From Gekko japonicus (Eukaryota), in assembly GCF_001447785.1 (NCBI RefSeq), contig NW_015161949.1:836224-900223 (forward strand): 64,000 nucleotides of DNA. The letters are read 5' to 3'. A program made the position numbers and the translations under genes. Numbering within the stretch: the first letter of the stretch is position 1; each line of letters begins with the position of its first letter. The notes under the pieces are model-generated. The model did not search any database. It saw only the letters and a list, made by a program, of their open reading frames with translations, and was not told the origin of the DNA. Positions 12,270-23,419 of the stretch are shown here, piece by piece.

Positions 12270-12450
12270 GCTAGTTATTTGGCTTCATTTCAGCTTGTGG
12301 TTTGGTTAGTAAATATATTAGTTGCATTGATGCACAACCATGAGATAGATGGGAGAATATGACCCTGTTCAGTCCTCTGGTTCTCTTAGCAGCTTTTGAT
12401 GCTATCAACTATGCTATTCCTCCTAGATCACTAAAATGAGCTGGGAAATG
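12270..12450 (+). pseudogene. Highly decayed L2/CR1 reverse transcriptase fragment
   Basis: ctcttagcagcttttgatgctatcaactat resembles the LSAAFDTIDH RT motif. Confidence 0.4.
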
Positions 12451-13172
12451 AAAGAAAGAAGGAGGCACCCCACTTGGCCTGTGCAGAACACCCATTCACA
12501 TGTTGACAGCTCCCATTGGGAGGGAAAGTAGGTTCTATGTGGACAATTGCCCAGTTGTGCAAACATGTGGAAGATGTCTCTGCACATAAGCTCCCTGCCA
12601 GTGATCAGTGGTATTGCTTTCCAAATGTAGCTGATCACAGGGAATATTTACAGACACTTCCTCCTCATGTTTGCACCAAGCTGATGACTTGTCAATTGTC
12701 CAGAGGCAGGGGGCAGGGCAGGCCTGTAGCTAGGATTTTTTGGCTTGTGGGGCAAAAACTTTTTTGGTGGGGCTGCCATTATATGACATTATTTTTTGAA
12801 ATCCTAGAGGATTTTGCAGCACCCTAAGATTCCCTCCCCCATGCCTCAGTCTAGTCCACCTTTTTATTTCTCTTTTTATCTCTGTTGGCTCCTTAGGTTT
12901 AGGGCAGAGAAAACAAAGCCTATATAATCCAAGACTGATACTGCAGCCTCCTTCCCCCATCTAATTACTGCTCTCTTCTCAGCCACCCTTCTGACACCGT
13001 GGGCAATATAGTTTTTCTTCAACCCAGAGATTGTGACCCTAAAGAAAATAGGGCCTGGAATTCCCAGCAAGCCTCTTTCACTACACAACACCTGCCAGTT
13101 CCAGGAAAAACAAAGGGATAAGATAAAAATGAGAACAGCGCCACCATCCCTATTTTGCGCCTTCCTCCTTAC

Positions 13173-13274
13173 CTGACAGCACATCTCAGCGGTCCCCCTG
13201 TCCAGCTGGAAGATCCTTTTGGCTCCATGCTCATCTCCTTCACTTTCATCAAACCCAATTCCACTTGTGCTAGT
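13173..13274 (-). other. Candidate 102-nt exon
   Basis: Pyrimidine-rich acceptor ttttctttgcgtgcatgtttag| and consensus CAG|gtaagg donor. Open in phase 0 (TSTSGIGFDESEG...) and phase 2 (LAQVELGLMKVKEM...), so the coding frame is undetermined. Confidence 0.45.
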
Positions 13275-13859
13275 CTAAACATGCACGCAAAGAAAATGGG
13301 ATTTCTTTCTCTCTTTTAATGCATTTTTCCAGGAAACAGAGCCCACATTCATTTTCAGTTTCTTGGGGGGGGGGTTCATTTTAAGGCTTGTTTCTTTTTC
13401 CACTTCTCATAATGTGACAGAGCAGTGGGAAAACCAACCCTTTGCATTGCTGGAGCAGAGTGGGGGGGATGCAGGAACTGGTCCTTGGGAAATAGCAAGA
13501 AAAGGGTTTTGCTTGTACTGGGAGGGGGGGCAAGAAAGGTTTTTTCAGGGGTCGTTTCGTAGAAAAAGACCTAGGGGACTCATTAGCATAACTCATTAGC
13601 ATATGCCACACCCCCTGACATTACCGGAAGTGTGTCATAAGGCCACCCCCACCCCTCAGTTAGTCTAGTCTTAAAGGTTAGACTTAAAGGTGCTATTTGC
13701 TAGTCTTAAAGGTGCTATTCGAACTCTTGGACTATTTTGCAGCAACAGACTAACACAACGGTCCCGGCTGCCGCCGCCGGCCTTGCGGCTCCACTGCCAA
13801 GCCCCATGAGGGGCCCAGGCAGATTAACAACACAACAGGATAGGCGTGTACATATAGCC

Positions 13860-14180
13860 TATTATTAACAGCCTTGCTCAGGTCTTGCAAACTGAGGGCC
13901 GTGGCTTCCTTGATGGAGCCAATCCATCTCATGTTGGGTCTTCCTCTTTTGTTACTGCCTTTAACTTTTCCTAGCATTATTGTAGCTGAAGAAGTGCATT
14001 TGCACATAAAAGCTTCTACCTTGAATAAAATTTTGTTGGTCTTAAAGGTGCCACTGGACTCAAACTTTGTTCTGCTGCTTCAGATCAACACAGCTATCCA
14101 CCTGAATCTGTCTTTCCCAGTAACTCTTGTCTCTCTCATAATTTGACCAAAGTATGATAGCATTTTAGCTTCTAGGGAGA
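13860..14180 (-). mobile_element. RTE/BovB LINE 3' fragment interrupted by a Penelope-like terminal fragment (~13983-14110)
   Basis: Translation IMLGKVKGSNKRGRPNMRWIGSIKEA is typical of the RTE ORF C-terminus. The insert carries ctgaagaagtg...gaataaaattttgttggtcttaaaggtgccac. Confidence 0.7.
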
Positions 14181-14349
14181 GCTAGCCCCATTAAATACAG
14201 TGGGACCTGCTTCTCAGTAAATATGACCATGCTGAAAAAATACAAACACTATATGCCAGAAGTCTGAAGGGAATTGGGGGAAGATTAATCTGAGCTTGTT
14301 ATGATCTGACCCTGATATTTTTCATATCAAGTTGTCTACATTAAGAGCC

Positions 14350-14535
14350 ATTTGGGCAAAAATAAACGAGCACCTTAGAACCAAACAGAATTTTATTCCT
14401 TCATAAATTTCCGTGGGATTAGAGCACACTTCTTCAGATGCAATGAGCGTGTTTGACAAAGTGGGCGCTAGTGCCTGAAACCGTATGCTGGAATGAAGCT
14501 TTGCCACAGCAGACCGAGACGGCTACTGCTCTGGG
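14350..14535 (-). mobile_element. Penelope-like terminal-repeat fragments
   Basis: Minus strand ctgaagaagtg...cacggaaa...gaataaaattctgtttggttctaaggtgct, the same layout as the 13983-14110 and 36250-36380 fragments. Confidence 0.5.
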
Positions 14536-14940
14536 ATTATCATCATTTGGGCAGAGGTTCTCAAGATCTTATTTTAAAAATGAATAAAGAGGGTAGAGGA
14601 AAGCCACACTTTAGAGCTTCTGGAAGCCATGAAATCTAATCTCATGATTTTCGCTGCTGCCGTTACCAAACCGGGGGGTCCGACGGAACAGTATAGAGTT
14701 GAACAACTCTTCAGTTGAAGGGGAGTCCTCGAATTAAAAACCTGGTTTACATTTGGCAGAATCTCCCGGCTCAGGAATCAGAGCCCCTCGATGCCCCCCA
14801 CCCTGGATTCCAGGCACAGAGAAGCACATCCTCCTCAGAGTATCCCCCCCCCGCACACATACCCATACACACACGTTCCCATCAGGGCTTGGAGGTGGAA
14901 CCTTCCGCGTGCCCCCCCCCCAACCTGGCCCTCATCCCAC

Positions 14941-15610
14941 CTCTTCTAAAGTTTCTCGAGAACTTTTGTTTTGGACCAGCCTCCGAGCCAGAGTGAAGTG
15001 TTGTGGGGCGTCGAAAGGAGGCTGGCCGGGTGAGGCAGCACCCAGGGGTTGCTGGTGTGGTGGGCAGAGGGAGTGAGGGGAGTGGGGCGGTGGTGAAGGA
15101 GGCGGCAGGGATGAGAGGAAGAGAGGCAAACAACTTTTCGCCGCTAGTTGCGAGCACCGGCCCACCGTCCATGAGCTGTAACCCGACACCGAAGCGAGAT
15201 GCTGGAGGGAACAAGAAAGCGGCGGCAGCGGCAGCGAAGGAGGAGGAGGAGAAAGGAAGGAAGGAAACCAACCCTGCCACGGAGCCGCCAAGGGGGATGG
15301 TGACCACCCCCCCATGCGCCTAGTGGCGGCCAGGACCCAGGGGAAGCTGTCGATGGGCAGAAGTGAAGCTGTCTGAGCCCCCAGTGAACTTTTCCCCTCT
15401 TGAACGCCGGGCAGGAACAGGCAGATGGAGGATGCTTTCTCCCCGGCGGGCTGTGTGAGCAAGAGGCGTCGGCGGAGGAAGCAAAGCTGCTGCCACCGGA
15501 CCCTGGGTCAATGAGGGCTGGAAGCAGGGCGGAAGCAGAGGGCGGGGCTTCATCATGTGCCGCCCGCACCTCACCCGGGGGAATGGCGATCCCCCGCGAT
15601 CCCCCCAATC
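14941..15610 (-). promoter_or_regulatory. CpG island / probable promoter and first exon of a minus-strand gene
   Basis: GC- and CpG-rich island not recognisable as a TE, with GCG/GGA microrepeats, a GC box at ~15540, and a minus-strand donor GAG|gtggga at 14941/14940. Candidate exons follow downstream on the same strand. Confidence 0.6.
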
Positions 15611-16321
15611 AACCTCTGGGTTTTTTTCCTCCTCCTCATTATGCTCAGCTTAGGACATGGATCTGCAATAGGGTTCAATACTAATGCAGATGGAATTCCA
15701 TGTGCAGAGTGCTTCCCCCCTCACTGTTATGGAACCACAGACAGTCCACTCCCCACACTTAAATGTAACAGATCAGAAAGAAGGGCTAAGGCTTTAGCCC
15801 CTGCACCTCTCTGGGTCACTCTGGATAACTGAACTGCTTTGGAGGAGAAGCGTGGGGCCACACATGTCTGCAATCCAAGTCGAGAATTCATAGCTTGGAG
15901 TGCACCTGCATGAAGGGCCCCCCCCCCCGCTTCTTCTTGAGAAGAAGCAGGGGTGGAACATGCCCCTTTCCCTCCCATAAGATTTAAAGGTCCCACCAGC
16001 TGATTGGTGGGCCATGTGCTCTTCAACAATCAACTGAAGGGCCTTTTAAATATTATAGGAGGGAAGGAAGAGGGGGTGCACCCCCTGCTTCTTCTAAAAA
16101 GGATCCCTTTAAATGCTTTTAGGAAGAAGGGGCTTTAAGAAGCAGGGGGCCTTCAAGGAAGGGGGCAGGGCCCCCAATAGCCCCACCATAACTACGGGGC
16201 AGGGGCAACATGCTTGTACCCACTCTCTCTCCCCACCCAGGCAGTCAATATGTGGATGGTTCATCTGCAGAAAGATCCCAGGAACTGGGACAGGGAGATT
16301 GCTTTTTTCATTTATGTGGCC

Positions 16322-16400
16322 TCTGCCTGAGACCCTGGAGAGCCGCTGCCACTCTGAGTAGACAATACTGACTTTGATGGTCTGATTCAGTATAAGGCAA
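16322..16400 (+). mobile_element. 3' end of a CR1-tailed SINE/LINE
   Basis: tctgcctgagaccctggagagccgctgcc...gtagacaatactgactttgatgg...tcagtataaggca, a recurrent squamate retroposon tail. Confidence 0.55.
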
Positions 16401-17738
16401 TTTGTGTTGTGATTTTATTAAGTATAATTAATAATTTTGCTATGTAATTAGTAAATTACTTCATTACTATACAAAAGTGGCCAGTATGAAGAGGGCTTTA
16501 ATGCATATTTTAATAACAAAATAAGTCAATAATATTAATTAGTTGAAGAATTTTAAGCCACATAGTTGTTCAAAAGATGTGTATACTAGAAAGCCTATAC
16601 ATAATTTAATTTAACATCTCTGTCTTTAGAAATTACTTCCTACCAGCATTACAAAAGTTGACAAATGGTAAATTAATACATTTAAAGTATTTAATTTTTA
16701 TTTAAAAATATTTCTATATAGAGTTTAATTTCTGTTGTTATTGTTTTTCCTTCTTAATAAAGTTCATTGATATCAAAATAGTCACTTTTATTTCCTGTAT
16801 TTTCCCTTCCAAGCCTGTACACTCAAGAGCATTAAAGCTCTCTTCATACAGGACACTTTTGTATAGTAATGAAGTAATTTACTAATAACATAGCAAAATT
16901 ATTATTTAATTATATTTATATTTATTTATTACATTTGATTTGCTAGGCTGCCCCTCCCCAGAAGCAAGGCTCAGGGTGGCTTACAACAGAGTGATTTTTT
17001 TGTTTTGTTTAAAAGCAACATTAAAACCAGCTAAACACGATCAATAGATAGAAACAAAATACATATACCAGATGGCGGAAAGAAAATCAGCTGCCTGGAC
17101 CTCCTTGGGGGGGAGGAGTTGCGAGGGATGGGGAAGTGTATGAGAGTGTGAGATGTCATACTATACGCCTGTTGCTGTCCTCAACCAAATGCCTGGCAGA
17201 ACCTCTCTGCCTTGCATGCCCTGCGGAAAGGTAATAACTCCTGCAGGGTATGGATGTCTTCTGGCAGAGGATTCCACCAGGTGGAGGCCAGGGCTGAAAA
17301 GGCCCTGGCCTTGGTTGAAGACAGTCGTATCTCTCTCGGGCCGGGGACCACCAGGAAGTTCTTATTTCCTGAGCACAATGCTCTTCCTGAGGCATACTGT
17401 GATAAAATCACAACACAAATTATTGCATGTGAATATGACATGTTTTAATCCTAAAATAACAATATAAATGATAGGTAATATCTGTTCATTCTCATAAATG
17501 GAGATGAATAGTTATCCACAATTATAAATATCTATGGCACTTTACATGGTATTTTTCCATGTGTGTTTCTTTCTGTGTGGGGTATTTTCTGTGTGGGCTT
17601 TTTTATGCATGGCTTTCTTCTGTGTAGGCTTTTTTCCACGTGGGCTTATTTCCATGTGGGCAGTTTTCCTGTGAGCATTTATGACTGTGGGTTTTTTTTC
17701 CTGTGGGCTTTTTTCTTGTGGGCTTTATTCATAGAACC
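16399..17738. mobile_element. Foldback/Mutator-like DNA element with long inverted repeats, interrupted by an L2 fragment
   Basis: 16399-16504 is the reverse complement of 16829-16905 plus 17402-17421. Subterminal gtgggc(t)n tandem array at ~17545-17730, ending in catagaacc. Confidence 0.55.
16915..17395 (-). mobile_element. 5'-truncated L2 LINE 3' end
   Basis: Translation LVVPGPREIRLSSTKARAFSALASTWWNPLP (L2 ORF2 C-terminus), followed by tgtaagccaccctgagcc and an (aaat)n tail. Confidence 0.8.
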
Positions 17739-17798
17739 ATATGTAGCTCTCTATTGACTAACTGAAGCTACCTCAAATGGAAAGGATGACTTAGTATT

Positions 17799-19256
17799 TA
17801 TTTTTTTTGTAAATATTTTTATTGGGTTTTTTTAAACAAACAAATACCCACCACCTACAACACCACACCATTACCACTTATACATAATTGCTTCCAAACA
17901 GCAACATAAACATTTTCTTACTTATCCAAGATTACCAGCATCCAATATTTATATTAATTATAGTTATCTTTCTTGCTCCTTTTGGGGTAGACCTCTAACT
18001 TCCTATAAAGATGGGAGCCATTTTCTGTCCTGTTTATACCATTTAACTCAGTTCATTTGACACCAAAATATAAATGCCTCTAGAATGAGGAAAAAAATAA
18101 AATAAATAAATTTCTGTATATTGTCTTCATATATCTTCCTAACCACATTTCGTACTTTCAACTTTAAATCTCCCATTTAACGCCTATTCCAAGACATCTT
18201 TTTAATCTACATAGTTGTTATAAACGCCCATTATAATTAATATATTTTAATTCATTTCCTTTTGAACACAACCAAATAATAAATAATACTGATATTATCA
18301 AACATTTCATATCCTCATCTTAAACTTACATTTATTCATTTCTTTTTGCTCTAATCTACATAGTTGTTATACACACCTGTTATAATTAATATTTTTAATT
18401 CATTTCCTTTTGAACACAACCATCTTTCTCTTTTTAACTTTTCTCTCTTCCAAACATTTCCCTTATTTATTTCCTTACTTTGTTTCCGTTCCAAAGTATT
18501 TGTTAACTCCATATCCTCCGTTTTCAGTTCAACTTCTATTGTCTGTTCCTTGTTCTCCTGTTTCTGACTACATACTTCCACCGTCTCAGTATTCTCCGGA
18601 AACTTAAAGGGTCCTTGAAAGTTTTCAGATGCGGCTCTAAATCCTTCTTTAATGCCCTCCTGAATTTTTTCTACCATTGCCTTGAAGAACTGTTACATCA
18701 TTTCTCTAGACAATTCAATCAATCCCTCTTCCCTTATTCCAGCCATCTTTTTATATTTTGTAAGACCAGTCTCAACAGTCGTATCCCCAGAGCTCAATAT
18801 CTTTTCCCCACAATACCAAAAGTAAAAGTTTATAGATACTTAGCCAAGTCTCTTTTCTGGCCGCTTTCCAATTCATGTCAAACCAGTTCGGGGATTCTTT
18901 TCTTTCCTCTTGAAGGTAGGTATGCTTTCTATTTATTTTTCTTCGTCACTGCTTTTTATAATCCAAGTTTAAAAGGTAAGAAAGATAAAAAACGCAGATG
19001 GTCGTTTCTCCGGAACATGGCAGCCATGTTCCCTGCTGCCCGCTTCAGCCTTGGGGCTGTTTCAGACACCTCCCCCACCCTGCCAATTGCGGGAAAGGGC
19101 CAAAAAGATGCCCCCTGCTCCATCCCCCACCTCCGGGGGGATGGTCGAGCACCCCCGAGCCTCGGGGGGCTCAAATAAAGCGGGAACAATTCGGGCGGGG
19201 ACAGAGCTCATCTCGCTCCCCCCATCCGTCGAAATGCCGTACCAGAAGTCCTTCCT
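17799..19256 (-). mobile_element. ORF2-less L1-dependent retroelement, relative of 2506-4792
   Basis: 24-bp TSD aaatggaaaggatgacttagtatt (17775-17798 and 19257-19280). 5' end ggacttctgg, CpG-rich UTR, and 3' end aacccaataaaaa plus A-tail. Confidence 0.85.
18351..18746 (-). pseudogene. Coiled-coil ORF of the retroelement, with one in-frame stop (MAGIREEGLIELSREMM*QFFKAMVEKIQEGIKEGF...)
   Basis: The upstream ATG at 18746 is in frame with the track ORF 18351-18677. Its TAA aligns with an E codon in the 3080-3418 homologue. Confidence 0.6.
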
Positions 19257-19347
19257 AAATGGAAAGGATGACTTAGTATTGACAGCCAAGCAAGATGACT
19301 CCTCAGTACTATATAAATAACTGTGCAGTTGCACAATAAGAATCAGG

Positions 19348-19911
19348 GAGGAATTTCAGACAGACAATATAATCTGGAAGAGGAACAGTTCCCAAACGGT
19401 TTCTGGTCTGTCATTTCAGACAGAACCATTTTAGAACCAGTTCCCTAACGGAATATATTTGAAATTTCACACAAAAACGCTTCTGTCCCATTTAGGAAAC
19501 GAGGCTGAGGCATTTTACCTGTCAACCACTTCCATGTAGTCTTCAGTTTCCTCTCCCAGTTCCGATGCGCTTTTCCCTGCTTTTTTTTTTAACGTTCGCT
19601 TTATAGCACTATAACGCTATAACGCAACAGCATTATATCAACCCCATTGGAATGCCTGGAGTGTTGTGTTATAGCACTATAGCGCTATAGCGCTATAAAG
19701 CAAACGTTTTTAAAAAACCCCGGAAATCGCACGTGCGGGCGAAAAACGGCGGGGGGGAAGCGGTGCAGTCTGAAATGGCAAACCGTTTCAGATCCAGCTC
19801 TTTACCGGAAGGGGAAAGCCATGTGTGAAATGGCAGCCCTATACCGGTTTACTCTGCAACGGATCAAAAATGGCTTCAAAACGGGTTAAAAAGGATAATG
19901 TGAAATTCCTC
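19348..19911. mobile_element. MITE with palindromic core (Harbinger-like)
   Basis: 11-bp TIR gaggaatttca/tgaaattcctc, 3-bp flanking repeat agg, and a central inverted array of (gc.ctata.) units at ~19590-19710. Confidence 0.75.
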
Positions 19912-20290
19912 AGGGTTTCCTTCTTAAAGAGAAATGTGGGATGGAATGTTGGGCTGAGGGGGCTCTTCTCACCTTCACATACTTCAAATCAACAGCAACG
20001 AATGTGTACCTTTACTTTACCTAGTGTGTATATATGATTGTATAAAAGACAGGAAATCAGAACATTATACTGAATTTAGCTCTTTGTCCCTTCCCCTCTT
20101 CCAACCTTTCCACCCGCCTCTCTAATGCACACGCACATTTTAAAAAATCTTTATGCTTGGTTGGGCTTGTATCATCATCTCATTAAAACTTTGCCATGCA
20201 AATGTATCATAAGTGTTGCCTGAAGATTTCTGTCTCATGCAAAATTTAGCTTAAATTCTTCTGGCATCAAATACTTTCTTATGCACAAAC

Positions 20291-20470
20291 CTTCTGTTTG
20301 CTTTGCTGACGCTCCGTCTTAGTTGGCTCTCATGGTGATTCATTATCTCATGATATAGATTTCCAAGTATCATCTTTGCATTGATTTTTATATCTTTAAT
20401 AACCTCTCCACTGAAGATGGCTCCACTTGGTGTCATTGATCGCATCAAAAATTCAAGGCTTACAGAAATA
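20291..20470 (-). CDS. Candidate 180-nt exon (ISVSLEFLMRSMTPSGAIFSG...SVSKANR)
   Basis: ccctctag| acceptor and AAG|gtttgt donor. Open phase 2->2 frame in non-repetitive sequence. Confidence 0.3.
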
Positions 20471-21709
20471 CTAGAGGGCTAATTGGTAGCAGAACATTTC
20501 AGACTTAATTTTAATGCAGTCTTAATCTTAAGCACTAAACCTACCTGAAGGTTTACTCTTTGAGGCTAAAGGGAAAGTTTGAGTATGTGATAGAAAATTA
20601 CTTGGTGTGAAACAGGCTAGGCACACAGAAAATCCAGATAACTAGATGAGTATTATTAAAATCAAGTTGCATCAACCTTAAAACCCTGGATTATTAATGT
20701 TTCTCAGCCCTAAGTCCATTTGAGTCCCTAGAACCATAAAAGTATAACACCAGCTATCAGGCAGAAAACTTTTAGCTAAATGTCCATTCAGAGGGTTAAA
20801 TGTGCTCAGATGGATTGATTCACCATTGTGCTTCTGGTTTCAGCAGCAGCATAAGAACCATTCTTTTGGGGCTAAACATATTCTGATAGAAGCCTTTGAA
20901 AGCCTGTAGATGTCTGTAGCTAGTTTTGCAAAACATTAACTCTAATTGTAGATGTCTCTGTGCTTACAGGGGGTCTGTGTTTAAAGCCTTTCGTCTAATG
21001 TTCAGGTGTTATTAACATCAGGTTAGACTCAGTAGATTCTGTAGTCATTTGCTGGTGCAGAAGGACTACTGGTGCAAATACCCATCTACAAGGGTATCCA
21101 TCAGCTCTTCAGTAGAGGGGGAAGCTCTTTAATTGTACTAGAGACAATATAAATGTTCTAGTAAAATTTCCAAGGGTTTGTTATCCTATGAAATTCTTTG
21201 GACTGGCTTTTAAATCCTCCTCAACAGATCTAAGCCCACCAGATTTCACATTGTCTCCAGGTGTGAATGCTGGCACGAGTCAGCTGCAAAAGGAGTTCTT
21301 GAAGGACTTCCATACAAGTCTAATTAGCTGTCATAGTCTACTGATATATTACTTAATTAGGAGCTGGGTTTTCATCCCACCACTCATTTTCCATATTTTG
21401 AGTATGTCAGCAAAAATATTGTGGTTTGGCAGTGGTTTCAACAACCCAGAGCAAAGAAAGAATAATTAAATCAAAATAAGATTTATTCGAGGAAAATAGT
21501 TGTGTCAGACATATCAAAACAAACATAAAATAGCATTCTCAATATACATCCAATTCCATCTCTGTCTTAAATGTTATGGAATCATATTTTCTATATCATT
21601 ATTAGATAACACAAGCAAGTCTTCCCCCCATCCTGGCAGAAGTAATTCAGGCTGGATCTATTTTATGGGAACAGTGCATTCAAATTTAAGCACATATATT
21701 GTCTCTAGA

Positions 21710-21810
21710 TATAGCTCAAGATGGGTAGCCATGTTAGTCCGTAGCAGTAGAAAAGAGCAAGAGTCCAGTAGCATCTTAAAGACTAACAAGATTTGTGCCA
21801 GGGTATGAGG
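21710..21810 (-). mobile_element. Penelope-like terminal fragment
   Basis: gggtagccatgttagtc...gtagcatcttaaagactaacaa is similar to 36250-36340. Confidence 0.55.
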
Positions 21811-22089
21811 TTACGTGTGTGTGAATGGATCTTCTGTCTGTAGATGGCTCATGGCCCAATAAACAATTCAAATCCTGATGACTCAGAAATGTACACACAC
21901 ACATGTACACACACACATACATGCACACGTATAGGAAATCTCATTAGTATAATTAGCTGATGTGGGAGCCATATAAATTAAATGCAGGATGTCCCAGCAT
22001 AAGCAGGACAGGAATACATTGTCATGGACACACACATAGGCATTTCTTTTCATCAGATAATATGGGTTGCACTGATCTTCCGTATATCT

Positions 22090-22292
22090 GTGTGTTGTGT
22101 AAAATGCCGTCAAGTTATAGCTGACTTATGGTGACCCCAGTATAGGGCTTTCAAGGCAAGTGAGAAGCAGAGGAAGTTTTCCATTGACTTCCTCTGCAGT
22201 GTCTTCCTTAGTGTTCTCCATTCCAAGTACTGACCCTGCTTAGCTTCCAAGATCTGACAAGATTGGGCTATACCATGCTGCCTTCCTCCCTT
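22090..22292 (-). mobile_element. 5S rRNA-derived SINE with BovB-like tail
   Basis: gcccaatcttgtcagatcttggaagctaagcagggtcagtacttgga (5S-like), then ggggtcaccataagtcag...acttgacggca. Confidence 0.7.
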
Positions 22293-22388
22293 CATATATA
22301 TATATCCATACATTTTTAAAATAATGGGGGGGGGTGTAAATTTGAGAGTCCCATTGACTTTAAAGGCCTGATTCTTCTATATACTTGA

Positions 22389-22834
22389 CTAGTAAGAAGG
22401 CCCGTTGCAGAAAGAAATGCAACAAACTATAGACAGAGGGTTTGAGAGAGCGCTCCTACCTGCAGCAGTGGCCCGCATCCTCCCCACAAACAGCTGTATG
22501 AAAGGCAGGTGGGGGGAGATGGGTGGCATGGCACCAAAGGAGAAGGCCCATGCCAGCCGCCCCTCTTGGAGGCCTCCCGGGGCTTCAGAAGCCAGCTGGG
22601 TGGGGGCGCAAAGACGGGCTGGCGGCCGGGGCTCCCCACTTCTGACTGACTCTCTGAGCAGGTGCTGAAGCGGTGGTGAGCGAGGCACAATGAGGGCAAG
22701 ATGCTGGGTGCTGGTTCTGGGGGCCACAGTAAGCCCATCAGCCACGCAGCCAGTGGAGAGTGACACATCAGAGAGCAAATGGATTCGGGAGTGTGTCAAG
22801 AGTCCATGACCAAAACAGAATTATATATAATGAG
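22389..22834 (-). mobile_element. Non-autonomous Helitron-like element
   Basis: Minus strand starts TC(tc)attatatata and ends with a subterminal hairpin (gttgca/tgcaac) and CTAG-T. Its 5' part is similar to 62761-62890. Confidence 0.5.
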
Positions 22835-23419
22835 AGGCTTTCACCCAATCTGAGGCCTGGGCCAACAGTCTGACATTCTGTGTCATGTAAAGGCTATGGA
22901 TGCCACTTTGACCAAAATATCTGTACTTGACAATTTTGTAAGAAGCTGTCAACAAAAATGGAAGTGTTAAATAACAAAATTATACACAACAACTTGTATA
23001 TAATCACAGGGTATATAATCTAGCCACTTGTGAACACACTTTTGTTTCTGCTTTGGCGCTGTTGGGAATGTTGTGTCTTGGCTATCTGTCCTCTGACACA
23101 CAAGGATGGGGCTTATTGTTTTTAAATTCCTATGTCTTTAAATAAATTGATTTTTGCTACAGAACACAGTCTTGCTTTTTAAACTCAGTGTATAAACTGT
23201 TTAACACTGTAGTCTAAATCATCCACCTTTGGTAAGCAAGTAAAAGAGGAACAACACTAACAGTGCCTTATAACACAATGTCAAACCTGTTTATTTTGTC
23301 CCTTAATGCATCTTATGCCCAAAGGCTCAGAATTAAGTATCAGTATTTAACATTCTAATGTGTCACAGCTTTCCAGCTCATGGGCTGTTAGTTGCTTTCA
23401 GTACTAATCAGGTTGCTGG

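Noticed and set aside
15557-15832. ORF with an apparent signal peptide (LWVFFLLLIMLSLG...)
   Set aside because: The hydrophobic stretch comes from a T/CCT low-complexity run. No recognisable domain or splice support.
22200-22290. 5S rRNA gene
   Set aside because: Only a partial, diverged 5S match fused to a retroposon tail, so it is a SINE and not an rRNA gene.
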